A stretch of 64,000 bases of DNA from Mobula hypostoma (GCF_963921235.1 NC_086097.1:249180001-249244000); one strand, 5' to 3'. Numbered from the stretch's first letter, positions 12,416 through 27,060 are shown. The notes: a model not told the origin generated them from the letters alone. Numbers and translations: made by a program.

Positions 12416-13640
12416 GAAGCACCACTTTGTACTGCTGTAACTGTTTTGGATGGGTACCACGACAACCAGTAAACATGCCAAAGATAACCAAGCATGTCCT
12501 CTTTCCTTTGCATCACCTACAGACCACTGCTGCCCTAAATGCCAACAGTTTAACGAAGGTCCTCCATCTCTGGTGGTGTTCAGGGCTTCCTTCATCATGT
12601 CAGTCACTATCAGTCATGCAAGTTGCAGGGGGTGGAGACTCAGGAATACCGTCTCACTCAGATATAGGATTTTTCATTGCTGTTTTTGCCACAGTTTTGT
12701 TTTATCCTGTTTTGCTCAGGGTTGTTAGCCCTGAGCTGAACGCCTGAAACCTGGAGACTCCTTTGCATTAGTTCTCTGAACCGCTGTCGTTGAATTTGAA
12801 TGCCTGTCCAAGATTATTAATCCCAGCCTTAGCATAACCACCTTGGAGCTACACTCCACCATTTACCTAGAAGATAGAATATTACAGCACAGTTCAGGCC
12901 CTTCAGCCCAATGCTGTGCCAAATTTTTAACCTATTCAATCTAACCCTTTCCTTGCATTCATGAGCAAAAAGTCTCTTAAACGTGCCCAATGTGTCTGCC
13001 TCTACCAACACCCCAGGGTGCTCTAGGGGCTTTCCTCAAAAACATTCTTTATCCCTGCAATTAACATTTCAACCATTTGGAAAATAACTTAGTTACAGCT
13101 AGTGGGGAAGGCCATAACACCTTTGTGGGACTAGGATAGCAGGCAGACACATCTTTCTTTCTGCTAATGCTGTTTTAACATTAGAGTGAAAATTCTTTAA
13201 AACAAACTGCTTCAGTACAGCATCAATCACAATATCCATGAACTACACTTCTGAACACCAATGATCTTTGGTTCAAATTTCTGTGCACAAATGCACAAAT
13301 TAAAGATTGAGAATAATACTAAAGCAACACACACAAAAATCTGAGGTCAACTGGTGAGACAGCATCAACAGAGAGGAAAAGTAGTCCACATTTTGGACTG
13401 AGACCCCTCTTCTGGAGAATAATACCTTTCCAGACCAACAACAAACAGCTACCGTTGATTTGAGAGAGAGAATAATTTAGATATCCAATTGTACAAACTT
13501 AAAGCACAAAAGGGGGATACTACAGGAGTAAGGCAGAAGAACTGAAGCTAGTTAAGATCTTCTATCAATGGAATGTTCTAACCACGTACCATTATGATGG
13601 ATCTTAAACATAAATAATTTACATTTACAAGTTGGGTTAC

Positions 13641-13771
13641 CTCACAACTTTGCCATCGGTTAGGAATGTTTGGCCTTAGTTTCTGCTCACACACCACTTT
13701 CCTCATTTCCTCAATCGAAGGGTCTGAAGGTACTAGGTCATAGTAAGGTAGCTGATAGTCCTCATGAATAC
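13641..13771 (-). CDS. TGFBR1: TGFBR1 exon 8; absent from the ORF track
   Basis: Manual translation [44 protein letters not shown]. Acceptor tgttttag, donor gtaacc, 131 nt. Confidence 0.97.
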
Positions 13772-14091
13772 CTAAAACAAGGCCACATGGAACTTAAAGA
13801 TCTGTGTTTCACAATTCATAAATACATGAAAATAAAAGACAAACGAGAATATCACAAGTATTAAGAGACTAATCAAGAATCTGGGCTGCACTGTAGTTAT
13901 CTTGCTAAAATTATAATCACTTGTACACCAGAAAAGTGGCAAATCAGTAAGTTTTCCACAACATAACTCAAAGTGGTCATCAAGATGAAAAAATGTAAAT
14001 ATCTATTTCAGCAACCAGTCAGAATTGCACATGCAGAGAATCAGAATAAAACAAAATCTCTACCCTAAATGTCAGGACAAGTTGGACATTA

Positions 14092-14244
<153 letters not shown>

Positions 14245-14959
14245 CTATAAAGCTCTCAATGCAAACCAGCATTTCAAATAAAGCTAAGCTGCTGATTTTC
14301 ACTCTACGTATGATACAGCTGCTCTGGAATTGCTAATGGATGTTTGAGAAGATAAGGAAGGAACAGAGTCCCTCAGGTTTCCCTGGGATTCAGAAAGATT
14401 ACGGTAGATCCACTACCTAGAGTCAACATCCCACAAAATTCATATATTGCACAAATCCTTTTCGGTCCTATACCTACTAGGCTATCCTTGAATGCACCCA
14501 ATGGCTGAAATTCCAGCCTTCTAGGATAAATATTGACGATTCACAATCAAAAACTCCTCCTCTCAAGTATTTTAATACCATCCAGAGACCACACTTATTA
14601 TTCTAGATGCTCAGTTTAAGGTAATATTTATATTGTACCTGCCAATCCATCTCAGAACTTCGCATGTTTCAACGTAATTATCTAAACTCTACGGTGTTCA
14701 GCACTATTCTCTTCAATGCGTCCCCAGAGAACACCTCCACCTCAGAAATCATCTAGTGAACTTATACCGTACCTCCTCCAAGGCTCACATGCATCTGCAA
14801 TTTCAACTTAATTATAACTTAACTGCAATCACAAATTTTACCTGCAAAGAAAATTCCTATTCTGCTTTTTATTATAAGACAAGTAAATTTACCTTTTCCC
14901 ACATCCAATTTCCTCTGGGACATTTATTGGACACCATGTAGCCTGTCTGTCTACACAAG

Positions 14960-15425
14960 GCCATAAGATATAGAAGCAGAATTAGGCCATTTCGCCAATT
15001 GAGCCTGCCCTGCCATTCCATCATGGTCAATCAATTTCCCTCTCAGCCCAACCTCCTGCCATCTGCCCGTATGCCTTCATGCCCCAACTAATCAAGAATC
15101 TATCAACTCTGCCTTAAATATACCTAATGACTTGGCCGCCACAGCCATCTGGGGCAACAAATTCTGCAGATTCACCACTCTCTGGCTAAAGAAATTCCTC
15201 TTCATCTCCTTTCTAAGAGGACATCCCTCCATTCCGAGGCTGTGCCCTCTAGTCTTACACTCCCCAAAGAAAACAACTTCTCCACATCCACTCTATTTCG
15301 GCCTTTCAACATTTGATAGGTTTCAATGAGATTCCCCCCTCATTCTTCTGAATTCCAGTGAGTACAGGCCCAGAGCCATCAATCACTCCTCATACGATAA
15401 GCCTTTCAATCCCAAAATCATTTCC
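14960..15425 (-). mobile_element. CR1 3' fragment
   Basis: Reverse-complement CR1 3' UTR (ccataagata..gcagaattaggcc) and ORF2 end. Confidence 0.82.
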
Positions 15426-15889
15426 TTTGGTTCAACATCTTGTTGCAGAGACAGTAATCTTCGCAATTTGTGCAGCAGCAGTAAACTTAACCTGGTGTAA
15501 CTTGATAGACATATAATCAATCTATCCATAATACATACATCTTATGTATATTTATGGTAGCTTTTATTATTGTGTCATCTATCTTTTGAGAGTTTTTTGC
15601 ATGCATCAGATCCATAGTAACAATTACCTTGTTCTTACACTTGTGTACAGGAAATTACATTAAATAATCATGAAATTTTAAATATGCACCGCCATTTACA
15701 AAATGCAACGAGCTACAAACCAAGCACTGATCCGTCTACCAGATCTCTGAGGACAGCCTGGCAACTGGGGACACCACCTTTATTCTTGTTCTTTTTTTGG
15801 ACTTAACCAAAGTTCTAGTTACACTAATGCATGACCTGCAGCATCAAGAGCATTTGTTTTAGATAACTCATCATTTCTTTACAGTAACG

Positions 15890-16540
15890 GAAACCACTCT
15901 CAGGGTCTCACGACTAGACGCTTTTTGACATCCCAAGGACACGGCCTGGAAGACTAGAATGCCTTCAGGTGCTGGATTTTTGCGGCTCTGGAGAAGGGCT
16001 GATTCAAGGTCTGTGCCCTTGACTGAGGCGTCGCAGGAGAACACGGAGCATCGGGAGCAGCTGGTTAGCTGCCGTGGGCTGTGTGTCCAGAGACCTAAGC
16101 TCTCCAGGCGCAGAGCTCAGAAAAAGCGACGCAACAGACTTTTAACATCAAATCAGCAACTTTTAACATCAGTTGTTTGTTATGTCTCCCCTTTTGCTAT
16201 GAAATGGGGACACCTTTTTTTCCCTCATTAGGGAGAGAAAGAGACCCTGCAGTATGTTGAATTACCAGGTGAACGAGTAGTCTTTGGGGTACCAAGTCTG
16301 TGTCTTTACTGATGCTTTGCTGCATGCTTGAGTGCTCGGTGGAAGGCACCAATGCTTTTTTGCTGGTGGTTGGGGAGGTGGAGCCATTGCCTTGCTGCTA
16401 CTTGTGCATGGGAGAGGGGAGGCTTTGGGTTTCCAACATTTATTGTCATTCATTCTTTGGGGCACTCCTGTTTTTGTGGATGCTCGCAATGAAAAAGAAT
16501 TTCAGGATGTATATTATATACATTTCTCTGACATTAACTG
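15890..16540 (+). repeat. Unclassified interspersed repeat
   Basis: Related to 5420-5790; LINE-like 3' end ...ctctgacattaa. Confidence 0.55.
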
Positions 16541-16559
16541 TACCTGCTTAATCCTACCA

Positions 16560-16900
16560 TCATCTTGTGCCAGGTTGTATAACAAGGGCCATCATGGTCT
16601 AGGATTATTCTGGGCAAATCTTGGTTTGCCATTGCCTTCTCTTGGGCAATGTTTTTACAAGATGGGTGACCCCAGCCATTATCAGAGATTGTCTGCTTGG
16701 TGTCAGTGGTCGCATAACCAGGACTTGTGATATATACCGGCTGCTCAGACGACCATCCACCACCTGGTCCCATGGTTTCACGTGACCGTGATCGGGGGCT
16801 AAGCAGGTGCTACATCTTGCACAAGGGTGACATGCAGGCTAGTGGAGGTAAGGAGCACCTTAACCTCCTTTGATAGAGATATATCTCCACTTCACCACCC
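16560..16900 (-). mobile_element. Family R retroposon copy
   Basis: Reverse complement of 1908-2280. Confidence 0.7.
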
Positions 16901-17419
16901 ATTTATAAAACCAACGTAATCAAATGCTTGCTTTGAACATCCAGATATATTGCACCCACAATATCCAATTTGCCAGCTTGACATGCTGCAAATGCAATGT
17001 TGTGATCCCGTTATTTAACAACAAAAAACGATAAACTAAATACAGTAAGAGGCTATGAATGTTCACAACAATAACAAGAAATTTTATTAAGTGCTTAATA
17101 TGGAACTTTATGCACCCATTACAAGATGGTCCAAATGAGTTCTGGTCTTTTGGGTGAGGATTTAAGAACAGAAGCTTGAATGTATGCCCCCAACATTGAA
17201 ATGTTCCCATAACCAAAGGACTCACTTTCAAGGACTTTTCATCTCATGTTCTCCATATTTATTGTTTATTTATTATTATTTCTTTATGTTTTTGCACAAT
17301 TTGGGGGAACTTCACTCAGAGGGTGGTGCAAGTGTTGAACAAGCTGCCAACAAAAGTGTTGGATTAAAGTTTGATTTTAATATGTTAGCGAAATTTGGAC
17401 ATGGATGGGAGGGGTACTA

Positions 17420-20400
17420 TTACAGAATGTCAGGAATGATGTTGTGACCATCACTGAATCGTAGCTGAAGGATGGTTGTAGTTGGGAGCTGTATGTCCAG
17501 GGTTACACATTGTATCAGAAGGATAGGAAGGTAGCAGAGTGAGTGGTGTGGCTCGCTGATAAAGACTGGCATCAAATCAGTAGAAAAGTGTGACATAGGA
17601 TCGGAAGATGTTGAATCCTTGTGGATTCAGTTGAGAAACTGCAAGGGTAAAAGGACCCCGATGGCAGTTATATACAGGCCTCCTAACAGTAGCTAGGATG
17701 GGGACCATGGATTAAAACAAGAAATAGAAAAGGCGTGTCAAAAGGGCAATATTATGACAGTCATGGGAGATTTCAACATTCACGTCAATTGGGAAAATGA
17801 GGTTGGTAATGGATCTTAAGAGAGTGAATTTGTTGAATGCCTATGGGATGACTGTTTAGAGCAGTTTGTCATTGCGCCTACTTGGGGATCAGTTATACTG
17901 CATTGGGTGTTATGCAAAGAACCGGGGGTGATTAGGGAGCTTAAGGTAAAAGAACCAGTGATCACAATATGAGTGGGTTCATCTTGAAATTTGATAGGGA
18001 GAAAGTGAAGTCTGACATAGCAGTATTTCAGTGGAGTAAAGGAAATTACAGAGGCATGAGAGAGGAGTTGGCCAAAGTAAATTGGAAGGAGATGTCAGCA
18101 GGGATGTCAGCAGAGCAGCAATGGCATGAGTTTTGGGGAAAAATGAGGAAGGTGCAGGACAGATGTATTCCAAAAGCAAAGAAATATTTAAATGGCAAAA
18201 TAGTACAACTGTGGCTGACAAGGGATGTCAAAGCTAATGTAAAAGCAAAACAGACAGCATACAAGGCAAAAAAATTAGTGGAAAGACAGAGGATTTGGAA
18301 GCTTTTAAAACCCTACAGAAAGCAACTAAACAAATCATTAGGAGGGAAAAGATGAAATATGAAAGCAAGCTGGTAATAATACCAAAGTGGACAGTAAAAC
18401 CTTCTCTCCAAGTATGTAAAAAATAAAAGAGAGTTGAGAGTGGATATAGGACTGCTAAAAAATAAGGCCGGATAAATAATAATGGGGGACAAGGAGATGG
18501 CTGATGAACTAAATGAGCATTGTGCATCAGTCTTCACTGTGGAAAACACTAGCAGTGTGCCAGATGTTGAAGGTTATGAGGGAAGAGAAATGAGTGCAGT
18601 TACTGTTACAAGGGAGAAGGTGCTCAAAAAACTGAAAGACCTCAGGGTACATAAGTCACCTGGACCAGATGAACTGCACCCTAGGGTTCTGAAAGAGGTA
18701 GCGGTAGAGATTATGGAGGCTTTAGTAATGATCTTTCAAAAATCATTGGACTCTAGCATGGTGAGTGGAAAATTGCAAATGTCACTCCATTCTTTAAGAA
18801 AGGAGGATGACAGCAGAAAAGAAATTATAGACCTGTTAGCCTGACCTCAGTGGTTGGGAAGATGTCAGAGTCAATTGTTAAGGATGACGTTATGGAGTAT
18901 TTGGTGACACAGGACAAGACAGGACAAAGTCAGCATGGTCTTGCACCTGCAGGAATTCTTTGAGCAGACTATAAGTAGGATAGATAAAGGGGATGCAGTG
19001 AATGTTGTATATTTGGGTTTTCATAAGGCCTTTGACAAGGTGCCAGACATGAGGCTATTTACCAAGTTAAGAACCCATGGTATTACTGGCATGATTTGCT
19101 GATTGGCAGGAGGCAGCGAGTGGGAATAGAAGGACCCTTGTCTGGTTGGCTGTCAGTGACCAGTGAAGTTCCGCAGGGGTCAGTGTTGGGACTGCTTCTT
19201 CTAACACTATATATTATCTGAATGGTGGCCGATTAGGAAAAGGGGAGGTGCAACGAGACCTGGGTGTCATTATACACCAGTCATTGAAAGTGGGCATGCA
19301 GGTACAGCAGGCGGTGAAAAAGGCGAACGGTATGCTGGCATTTATAGCGAGAGGATTCGAGTACAGGAGCAGGGAGGTACTACTGCAGTTGTACAAGGCC
19401 TTGGTGAGACCACACCTGGAGTATTGTGTGCAGTTTTGGTCCCCTAATCTGAGGAAAGACATCCTTGCCATAGAGGGAGTACAAAGAAGGTTCACCAGAT
19501 TGATTCCTGGGATGGCAGGTCTTTCATATGAAGAAAGACTGGATGAACTGGGCTTGTACTCGTTGGAATTTAGAAGATTGAGGGGGGATCTGATTGAAAC
19601 GTATAAGATCCTAAAGGGATTGGACAGGCTAGATGCGGGAAGATTGTTCCCGATGTTGGGGAGGTCTAGAACGAGGGGTCACAGTTTGAGGATAGAGGGG
19701 AAGCCTTTTAGGACCGAGGTTAGGAAAAACTTCTTCACACAGAGAGTGGTGAATCTGTGGAATTCTCTGCCACAGCAAACTGTTGAGGCCAGTTCATTAG
19801 CTATGTTTAAAAGGAAGTTAGATATGGCCCTTGTGGCTACAGGGGTCACGGGGTATGGAGGGAAGGCTGGGTTCTGAGTTGGATGATCAGCCATGATCAT
19901 AATAAATGGCGGTGCAGGCTCGAAGGGCCGAATGGCCTACTCCTGCACCTATTTTCTATGTTTCTATGTTTCTATATATCACTGTATTTGCCACTTTCTT
20001 GCCCAAGCTACTAATCTAATTCTTTCTGCAGTCTGCCTCTTTCCTCAACACTATCTGCCCTTCCACCAATCTTCGTATCATCTGCAAACTTGGTAACAAG
20101 GCCATCTATTCTGTCATCTAAATTAAATACAATGTAGGAAAATGCATGGTCATGCAGTTTGAGTAGAAATAAATGTGCAGACTATTTTCTAAACGGGGAG
20201 AAAATCCAAAAATATGAGATGCAAAGGGACTTGGGAGTCCTTGTGCGGGGATGTGATGCTGAGGCTTTATAAGGTACTGGTGAAGCCTCATCTTGAATAT
20301 TGTGAACAGTTTTGGGCCCCTCATCTTAGAAAAGATGTGCTAGCAATTGAGAGGGTTCAGAGGAGGTTTGCTAGGATGATTCTGGGAATGAAAGGGTTAT

Positions 20401-21050
20401 CATACAAAGAATGATTGATGGCTGTGGGTCTGTACTCACTGCAATTTAGATGAATGATGGGGGGATCTCACTGAAACCTTTCAAATGTTAAAAGGCCTAA
20501 ACAGAGTAGACGTGGAAAGGATGTTTCCCATGGTGGGAGAGTCTAGGTCAAGAGGGCACAGCCTCAGGGTAGAGGGGCGCCCTTTCAAAACAGAGATGCA
20601 GAAAAAATTCTTTAGCCAAAGGGTGGTGAATTTGTGAAATTTGTTGCAACATGCAGCTGTGGAGACCAGGTCGTTGGGTGTATTTAAAGTAGAGATTGAC
20701 AGGTTCTTGATTGGACATGGCATCAAAGGTTACATGGTAGATATGGAAAGGATGTTTCCCATGGTAGAGGAGTCTAGGACAAGAGAGCACAGCCTCAGAA
20801 TAGAGGGGTGTCCATTTAAAACAGAGGGTGGTAAATTTGTGGAATTTATTACCACAGGCAGCTGTGGAAGTCAGGTCATTGGGTGTATTTAAGGCAGAAC
20901 TTGATAGGTTCCTGTTTGGACATGGCATCAAAGTTTATGGGGAGAAGGCTGGGGAGTGGGGCTGAGGAGGGGGATAAATGGATCAGCCATGATTAAATGG
21001 TAGAGCAGATTCGATGGGCCAAATGGCCTAATTCTGCTCCAATGTCTTAT
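17420..21050 (+). mobile_element. Decayed near-full CR1 ORF2 (AP endonuclease + RT) with nested insertion, micro-inversion and duplicated 3' segment
   Basis: APE motifs (ITES.L, YRPPN, MGDFN), KSPGPDELHPRVLKE, KAFDKV, QGSVLG, PHLEYCEQFWAP; many stops. Confidence 0.88.
19213..19974 (+). mobile_element. Young CR1 3' fragment nested in older CR1
   Basis: Uninterrupted 209-aa frame; (tttctatg)n tail. Confidence 0.92.
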
Positions 21051-21884
21051 GGCACGCAGGGCTGTGGTCAGGGTGCAGCTCAATGGGAGTAAGCAGATTA
21101 ATGGTCCAGAATGGACTAGATAGACCAACAGGCCTGTTCCTGTGCTGTAGTGTTCTGTGATTCCATGATGCTTTGGAGAGGGTACAGAGGAGATATATCA
21201 GGATGTTGCCTGGATTAGAAAGCATGCCTTATGAGGAAACATTGAGTGACCTAGATTTCTCTTTGGAGCAACTTCGGAAGAGAGGCAGTTTGATAAATTG
21301 ATTAAATTGAGAGGTGCAGAGTAGACTTTTTTGCCTAATACCATAGGACATCTGTTTAAGCCGAGTGGAGGAAGGTTTAGGGGAGATGTTATAGGGAATT
21401 CTTTTAGTTTATAATACAAAGTGGTGGATGGTGGCAGAGGTGGACACAAAAGGAACATTTAAAAGATTCTAAGGCAGCCAATCAGATGTAAGAAAATTGG
21501 AGAGCTATAGTTTCTGTAGATCAAGAGTTAGATTAATCTTGAAATATGTTTATATAGATTGGCCCAACATCATGGACCATAGGGCCTGCTCTGTTCTATG
21601 TCTCACATCACCAAAGATTCTTGCAAACTTCTATAGATGAATGGTGGAGAGCACTTAGAATGGCTCCATCGCAGTATGAAGACTCCAATACAAAGGATTC
21701 AAAAAGGTTTGCCGAGTGTTGTCAACTCAGCCAGCTCCATCACAAGCACAGCAACCCTCACCACCGAGGACATCTTCAACAACTGGTGCCTCAGCACAGC
21801 ATCCGTCACTAAGGACCCTCACCATCGGCACAATCCCGCTTCTCATTATACCATCAGCCTGAAGATCCCACACTCAACACTTTA

Positions 21885-22365
21885 GGAGAGGATCCAGTGG
21901 AGGTTCATGAAAGTGATCCCAGGAATGAAAGGATTAACATTTGACAAGAGTTTGATAGCTCTGGACCTGTACTCACTGTAGTTTAGAAGAATGGTGGGGG
22001 CGGGAGGGAAGACTCTCACTGAAACCTATTGAATATTAAAAGGCCTAGATAAAGTGGAGGTGGACAGGATGTTTCCTATAGTGGGGAGTCTAGGACCCGA
22101 GAGCACAGCCTCAGAATAGAAGGACATTCCTTTGGAACACAGAATAGGTGGAATTTCTTTTGCCAGAGGCTGGTAAATCTCTGGAATTCATTGACACACA
22201 CTGCTGTGGAGGCCAAGTCATTGAGTATATTTAAAGCGGAGGTTGATTAGTAATGGTGTCAAAGGTTATGGGGAGCGGGCAAGAGGATGGGGTTGAGAGG
22301 GATAATCAAATGGTGGAACTCGATGGGTCAAATAGCCTAATTCTGCCCCTATGACTTAAGGTCTA
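21885..22365 (+). mobile_element. CR1 3' fragment inserted into an L2/Rex1-like remnant (21600-22540)
   Basis: CR1 3' motifs; host resumes at aacagcttcttcccctc and ends gataataaac. Confidence 0.7.
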
Positions 22366-22844
22366 ACAGCTTCTTCCCCTCTACTATCAGATTTCCGAAT
22401 GGCCCGTGAACACTAACTCATTATTCCTCCTCTTGCACTCGTTACTTTGCATTATATAGTAATTTTATGTTCATGCATTGAACTTGTGCACAAAACAAGT
22501 GTCACATCATAAAACTGTGATAATAAACTTCATTCCTACATTCATCAGCAAGCAATTTATTACACATGCCAACAATTTAGATTAGTCCCAATTTAAAACA
22601 TTTGCTCTGCTTCCCAGACAGTAATAGCTAAGCTCGTGGTGCCAACCACTTGGGAAAAGAACACTTCGGCACAGACGATGGGCTGAAAGGCCTGTTTCTG
22701 TGCTGTAGTTCTCTATGAAGTCTCAAGCCCACTTAGCACGTGAAAAGAAAGGAAGCTGGTGTATAAAATAACCAGGTGTAGTGTAAATAAAACAAATAAC
22801 AAAGATTAACTGCTTGAAAAGAATAGCAAGTCTTTTCAAACTGT

Positions 22845-23120
22845 GGGAGCGTAGCAGTTAGCATGACGCTACTACACCTTGGGATGTCAGAACTTGGAGT
22901 TCAATTCCAGTGCCGTCTGTAAGGAGTTTGTACATTCTTTGTGACCGTGTGAGTTTCCTCCAGGTGCTCCAGTTTCCTCCCACCAGTCTAAAGAAGTTCC
23001 GGTTGGTAGGTTAATAGTTCATTACCACCATTGTAAATCGTCCCATGGTTAGGCTAGGGTTGCTGGGTGCTGCAGCTCATTGGGCTAGAAGGGCCTGTTC
23101 TATGCTGTCTAGCTAAAATT
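22845..23120 (+). mobile_element. V-SINE (tRNA head + V domain)
   Basis: B-box ggagttcaattcc; V-domain gtttcctccaggtgctccagtttcctccca. Further copies near 5850, 7140, 34250, 39310, 43565, 46150 and 51670. Confidence 0.75.
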
Positions 23121-23949
23121 TTAAAAAAGGCAAACAGACCAATGCATTCCAAGTACAAATGTGTCAAAGGATGAAGAATGGATTTTACATTTCAGTCCAC
23201 CCCCACCCCTGCCATTCAATGCAGGCAAAATAGAGAACTCAGGAAAAGGAAGATATTAAGGGGCAAAACAGAAACAAAACACGTCGCTCAAACATGATTC
23301 CAGATTGTTCTTTGTCTCAATAGACTGCTATGCTACACTAATGGGCCCTCTTACCTCTGCGCTGGGTGACAAACGTACTTGCATTTATATTGCGCTTTGA
23401 ATGTTGGAAAATGAACCACAACATTCCACTGAAACATAGACCAACATTCAAAGTTCAAATTATATTTATTACTAAAGTACGTATATGTCACCATCTACAA
23501 TTCCAAGATTCATTCTCTCACAGGCACTCACAGTAAAACAAAGAAATACAGTAGAATCAATGAAAAACTACACAAAACAACTGACAAGCAAGTGATATGC
23601 AAACAAAGACAAACTATGCAAATACATAAAAAAATAAAACTGAGAACACGAGTTGTGGAGTCTTGAAGCAAGTCCAGTGTAGCATTCAGAGCCAAAAGGG
23701 GCTTAAAACAGAATATCTGCCCAGAAGCTGAGTCAAAGAAATAGTTTTAGAGTAAATGTTAGATGCAAGACCTGAAAAGACACAAGGAATTTTAAATACT
23801 CATGTAGAATTCTATAATTTGAAGGAATGGGGCTCTTTGGAGAAAACTGTCACATATTGTTCTCCAGTTAAAATGCACACCTACAGCTTTTAGTTTGATT
23901 ATTTCATAAAAAAAACATACAATAAGTGTAGAATATCAATATCAATTTA

Positions 23950-24174
<225 letters not shown>

Positions 24175-24291
24175 CTAATTTGTCAAACACTTTAGTGCTA
24201 TCAGAGAAGGATTCGTAAGTTTATTTACAAAAAATATCTTTCATGCATTTTGGTATTTAATCCTCAATCTCAAAACCCAGAAGTATATTAA

Positions 24292-24910
24292 ACACAACAG
24301 ATTCTGCAGATCCAGAGCAACACACACAATATGCAGGAGGAACTTTGCAGGTCAGGCAGCCTCTATACTGAGGAATAAACGGTCGACGTTTCAGGCCAAG
24401 ACCCTTCTTCAGGACTGGAAAGGAGGGGGGAAGAAGCGGACTAACAAGGTGGGGGAGAGGAAGCAGTACAAGTTAGGCGATGGATGAAGCCAGGTGGATG
24501 AACAAAGAAGCTAGGTGGTGGTAAGTGGAAAAGGGCTGAAGAAAGAATCTGATAGGAGGGGAGAGAGGACTATAGAAAAAGGGAAAGGATGAGGGTAACC
24601 AGATGGGCAGGTAAGGAGAAAAGGGGAAAGAGGGGAAGAGAAAAAAAAGAGATGGGCAAGGGGGAGTGGAATTACTGAAAATTAGAGAAGTCGATGCTCA
24701 TGCCACATGAGTGGAAGGTGGGTGAGAGTGGCGGGGGGGTTTGGTGTATGAAGGAAGAAGCTGGGAGATGGTAGGTGGAAGAGGTAAAGGGCTGAAGGAG
24801 GAATCGAATAGGAGTGGACCACAAGAGCAAGTGGAGGAGGGGCACTGGGCAAGGTGATAGGCAGGTGAGAAGAGAAAAGTGTTGATGACCAGAGTGGGGA
24901 ATTGAAAAAG
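24292..24910 (-). mobile_element. Penelope-like terminal fragment (pyrimidine-rich tract + hammerhead + 3' end)
   Basis: Same layout as 25886-26260 and 36712-36900. Confidence 0.72.
24381..24416 (-). ncRNA. Minimal type I hammerhead ribozyme motif
   Basis: AGUC CUGAAGA AGG GUCUUGG CCU GAAA CG UC GACC: intact core, 3-bp helix II, palindromic ACGU helix III. Confidence 0.72.
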
Positions 24911-24972
24911 ATGGTCTCTGTTATAAGGTGTTCTTATAAAACAATGTTCATTTTCTTCACTTGCATCATTTA

Positions 24973-25179
<207 letters not shown>

Positions 25180-25885
25180 TTAAAGGGAAAGAAAAACATC
25201 AACAAATGTAATTAGTTCATACAGTTCAAGCATTCCATAACAGCACAAGAAAGCATTGTTATTCCATAAGAGAATATTGTCCCTTATCATCATACAATTG
25301 TCCAAATTATTCCACAAAATCTCTAATACAGTCACTCACATCTATAGGCAAAACAAACATTGTCATCATTTAAGAGAAGTTTGAACAGGTTTGGATGGTA
25401 GTAGTATGGAGGGTTTTGGTCTCGGTGCATGTCGATGGGAGTTGGCGGTTTAAATAGTTCGGCACAGACTAGATGAGCTGAAGAACCTTTTCTGTGCTGA
25501 AGTACTCTATGACTATTCAAGGACATTTTCTTCCATTATGGAGAGATTCTTTAAATTTAAAGTTCAAAGTAAATTCATTATTGAAGTACACACATATAAT
25601 ATACCACCCAAAAATTCATTTTCTTGCAGGCATTCAGTAGAATGAAGAAATACAATAAAATCAATGGAAAAAAATGACACACAGACTGACAAACAACCAA
25701 TGTGCAAAAGACAAACTGTGCAAATACTGAAAACTTGAGTTGTAGTGTCCTTGAAAATGAGTTCACAGTTTGTAGAATTAAGTACTTCCTGCTCAAGTTC
25801 TTGGCTAATTATTCTTAATTTTAAATCCCGATAATGGTTCTGATCAGCTTTGCATATGAGCATTTTTCCCTCTGCAAACACGAGC

Positions 25886-26260
25886 TAATCTGCAGATGCT
25901 GGAAATTCAAGCAACACACATCAAAGTTGCTGGTGAACGCAGCAGGTCAGGCAGCATCTCTAGGAAGAGGTACAGTCGACGTTTCGGGCCGAGACCCTTC
26001 GTCAGGACTAACTGAAGGAAGAGTGAGTAAGAGATTTGAAAGTGGGAGGGGAAGAGGGAGATCCAAAATGATAGGAGAAGACAGGAGGGGGAGGGATGGA
26101 GCCAAGAGCTGGACAGGTGATTGGCAAAAGGGATATGAGAAGATCATGGGACAGGAGGCCCAGGGAGAAGGAAAAGGGGGAGGGGGGGAACCCAGAGGAT
26201 GGGCAAGGGGTATAGTGAGAGGGACAGAGGGAGCAAAGGGAGAGAGAGAAAAAGAAAGTG
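25886..26260 (-). mobile_element. Penelope-like terminal fragment, young subfamily (matches 3787-3884)
   Basis: Shares caccagcaactttgatg diagnostic; CpGs retained. Confidence 0.75.
25974..26009 (-). ncRNA. Minimal type I hammerhead ribozyme motif
   Basis: AGUC CUGACGA A GGG UCUCGG CCC GAAA CG UC GACU: helix I AGUC/GACU, intact core. Confidence 0.75.
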
Positions 26261-26549
26261 TGCATATAACACACTTTCCTCTGTGTCGCTTTCTTTTCTT
26301 TTGTTGCAATCGTAATGCAAATAGGTTTTCAAGTCTTATCTGATAACTAGCTCCACAAAACTTCTCACAGAATTACTCACATCACAAACCGACCATTGTT
26401 CTTATGCTACAGCACAGTAAGCTTCTACACCAAACACATGATTTGTCTATATAGTTCAATGTTCTGTTTGCTTTACTGATTGAAAGTAAACACTTTCATG
26501 TCTGTTGGTTCCACAAACATGGATTGAAATTCACTAACTCCCTGGTATT

Positions 26550-27060
26550 TGGCCCATCAGCCATTCCATCATGGCTGATTTATTATGCCTCTCAATCCCA
26601 TTCTCCTGCCTTCTCCCTGTAACCTTTGATGCCCTTACTAAATCAATAACCTACCAACCTCTGCCACAGATGGCTGTGGAAGCCAGGTCATTTACTGTTA
26701 GCAATGAGTACCAGATTCACCATCTTCTGAGTATATGAATTCCTCCTTACCCCTGTTCTAAAGGGAGGTCCTTCTATTCTGTGGCTGTGCCCTCTGATCC
26801 TAGACTCTCCTGCTCTAGGAAACATCCTCTCCATGTCCACACTACCTAGGCCTTACAATATTTGATAGGATTCGATGAGAACCTCTCATTCATTTAAACT
26901 CCAGCAAGTACAGGCTCAGAGCTACCAAATGCTCTTCATACATTAACAATTTCATTCCTGGGGATAATTCTCATGAACCTCCTCTGGACTCTATCCAATG
27001 GCAGCACATGCTTTCTTTGACAAGGGGCCCAAAACTGCCCACAATACTCCAAATGAGGTC
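26550..27060 (-). mobile_element. Old CR1 3' fragment
   Basis: Reverse-complement CR1 ORF2 end and UTR. Confidence 0.75.

Noticed and set aside
1..13640. TGFBR1 terminal exon 9 (ALRVMAKIMRECW...)
   Set aside because: Not found by manual scan; presumably lies beyond position 1.
25834..26343. 169-aa Gly/Glu/Arg-rich ORF and overlapping antisense ORFs
   Set aside because: Artefact of the low-complexity purine tract of the Penelope-like repeat.
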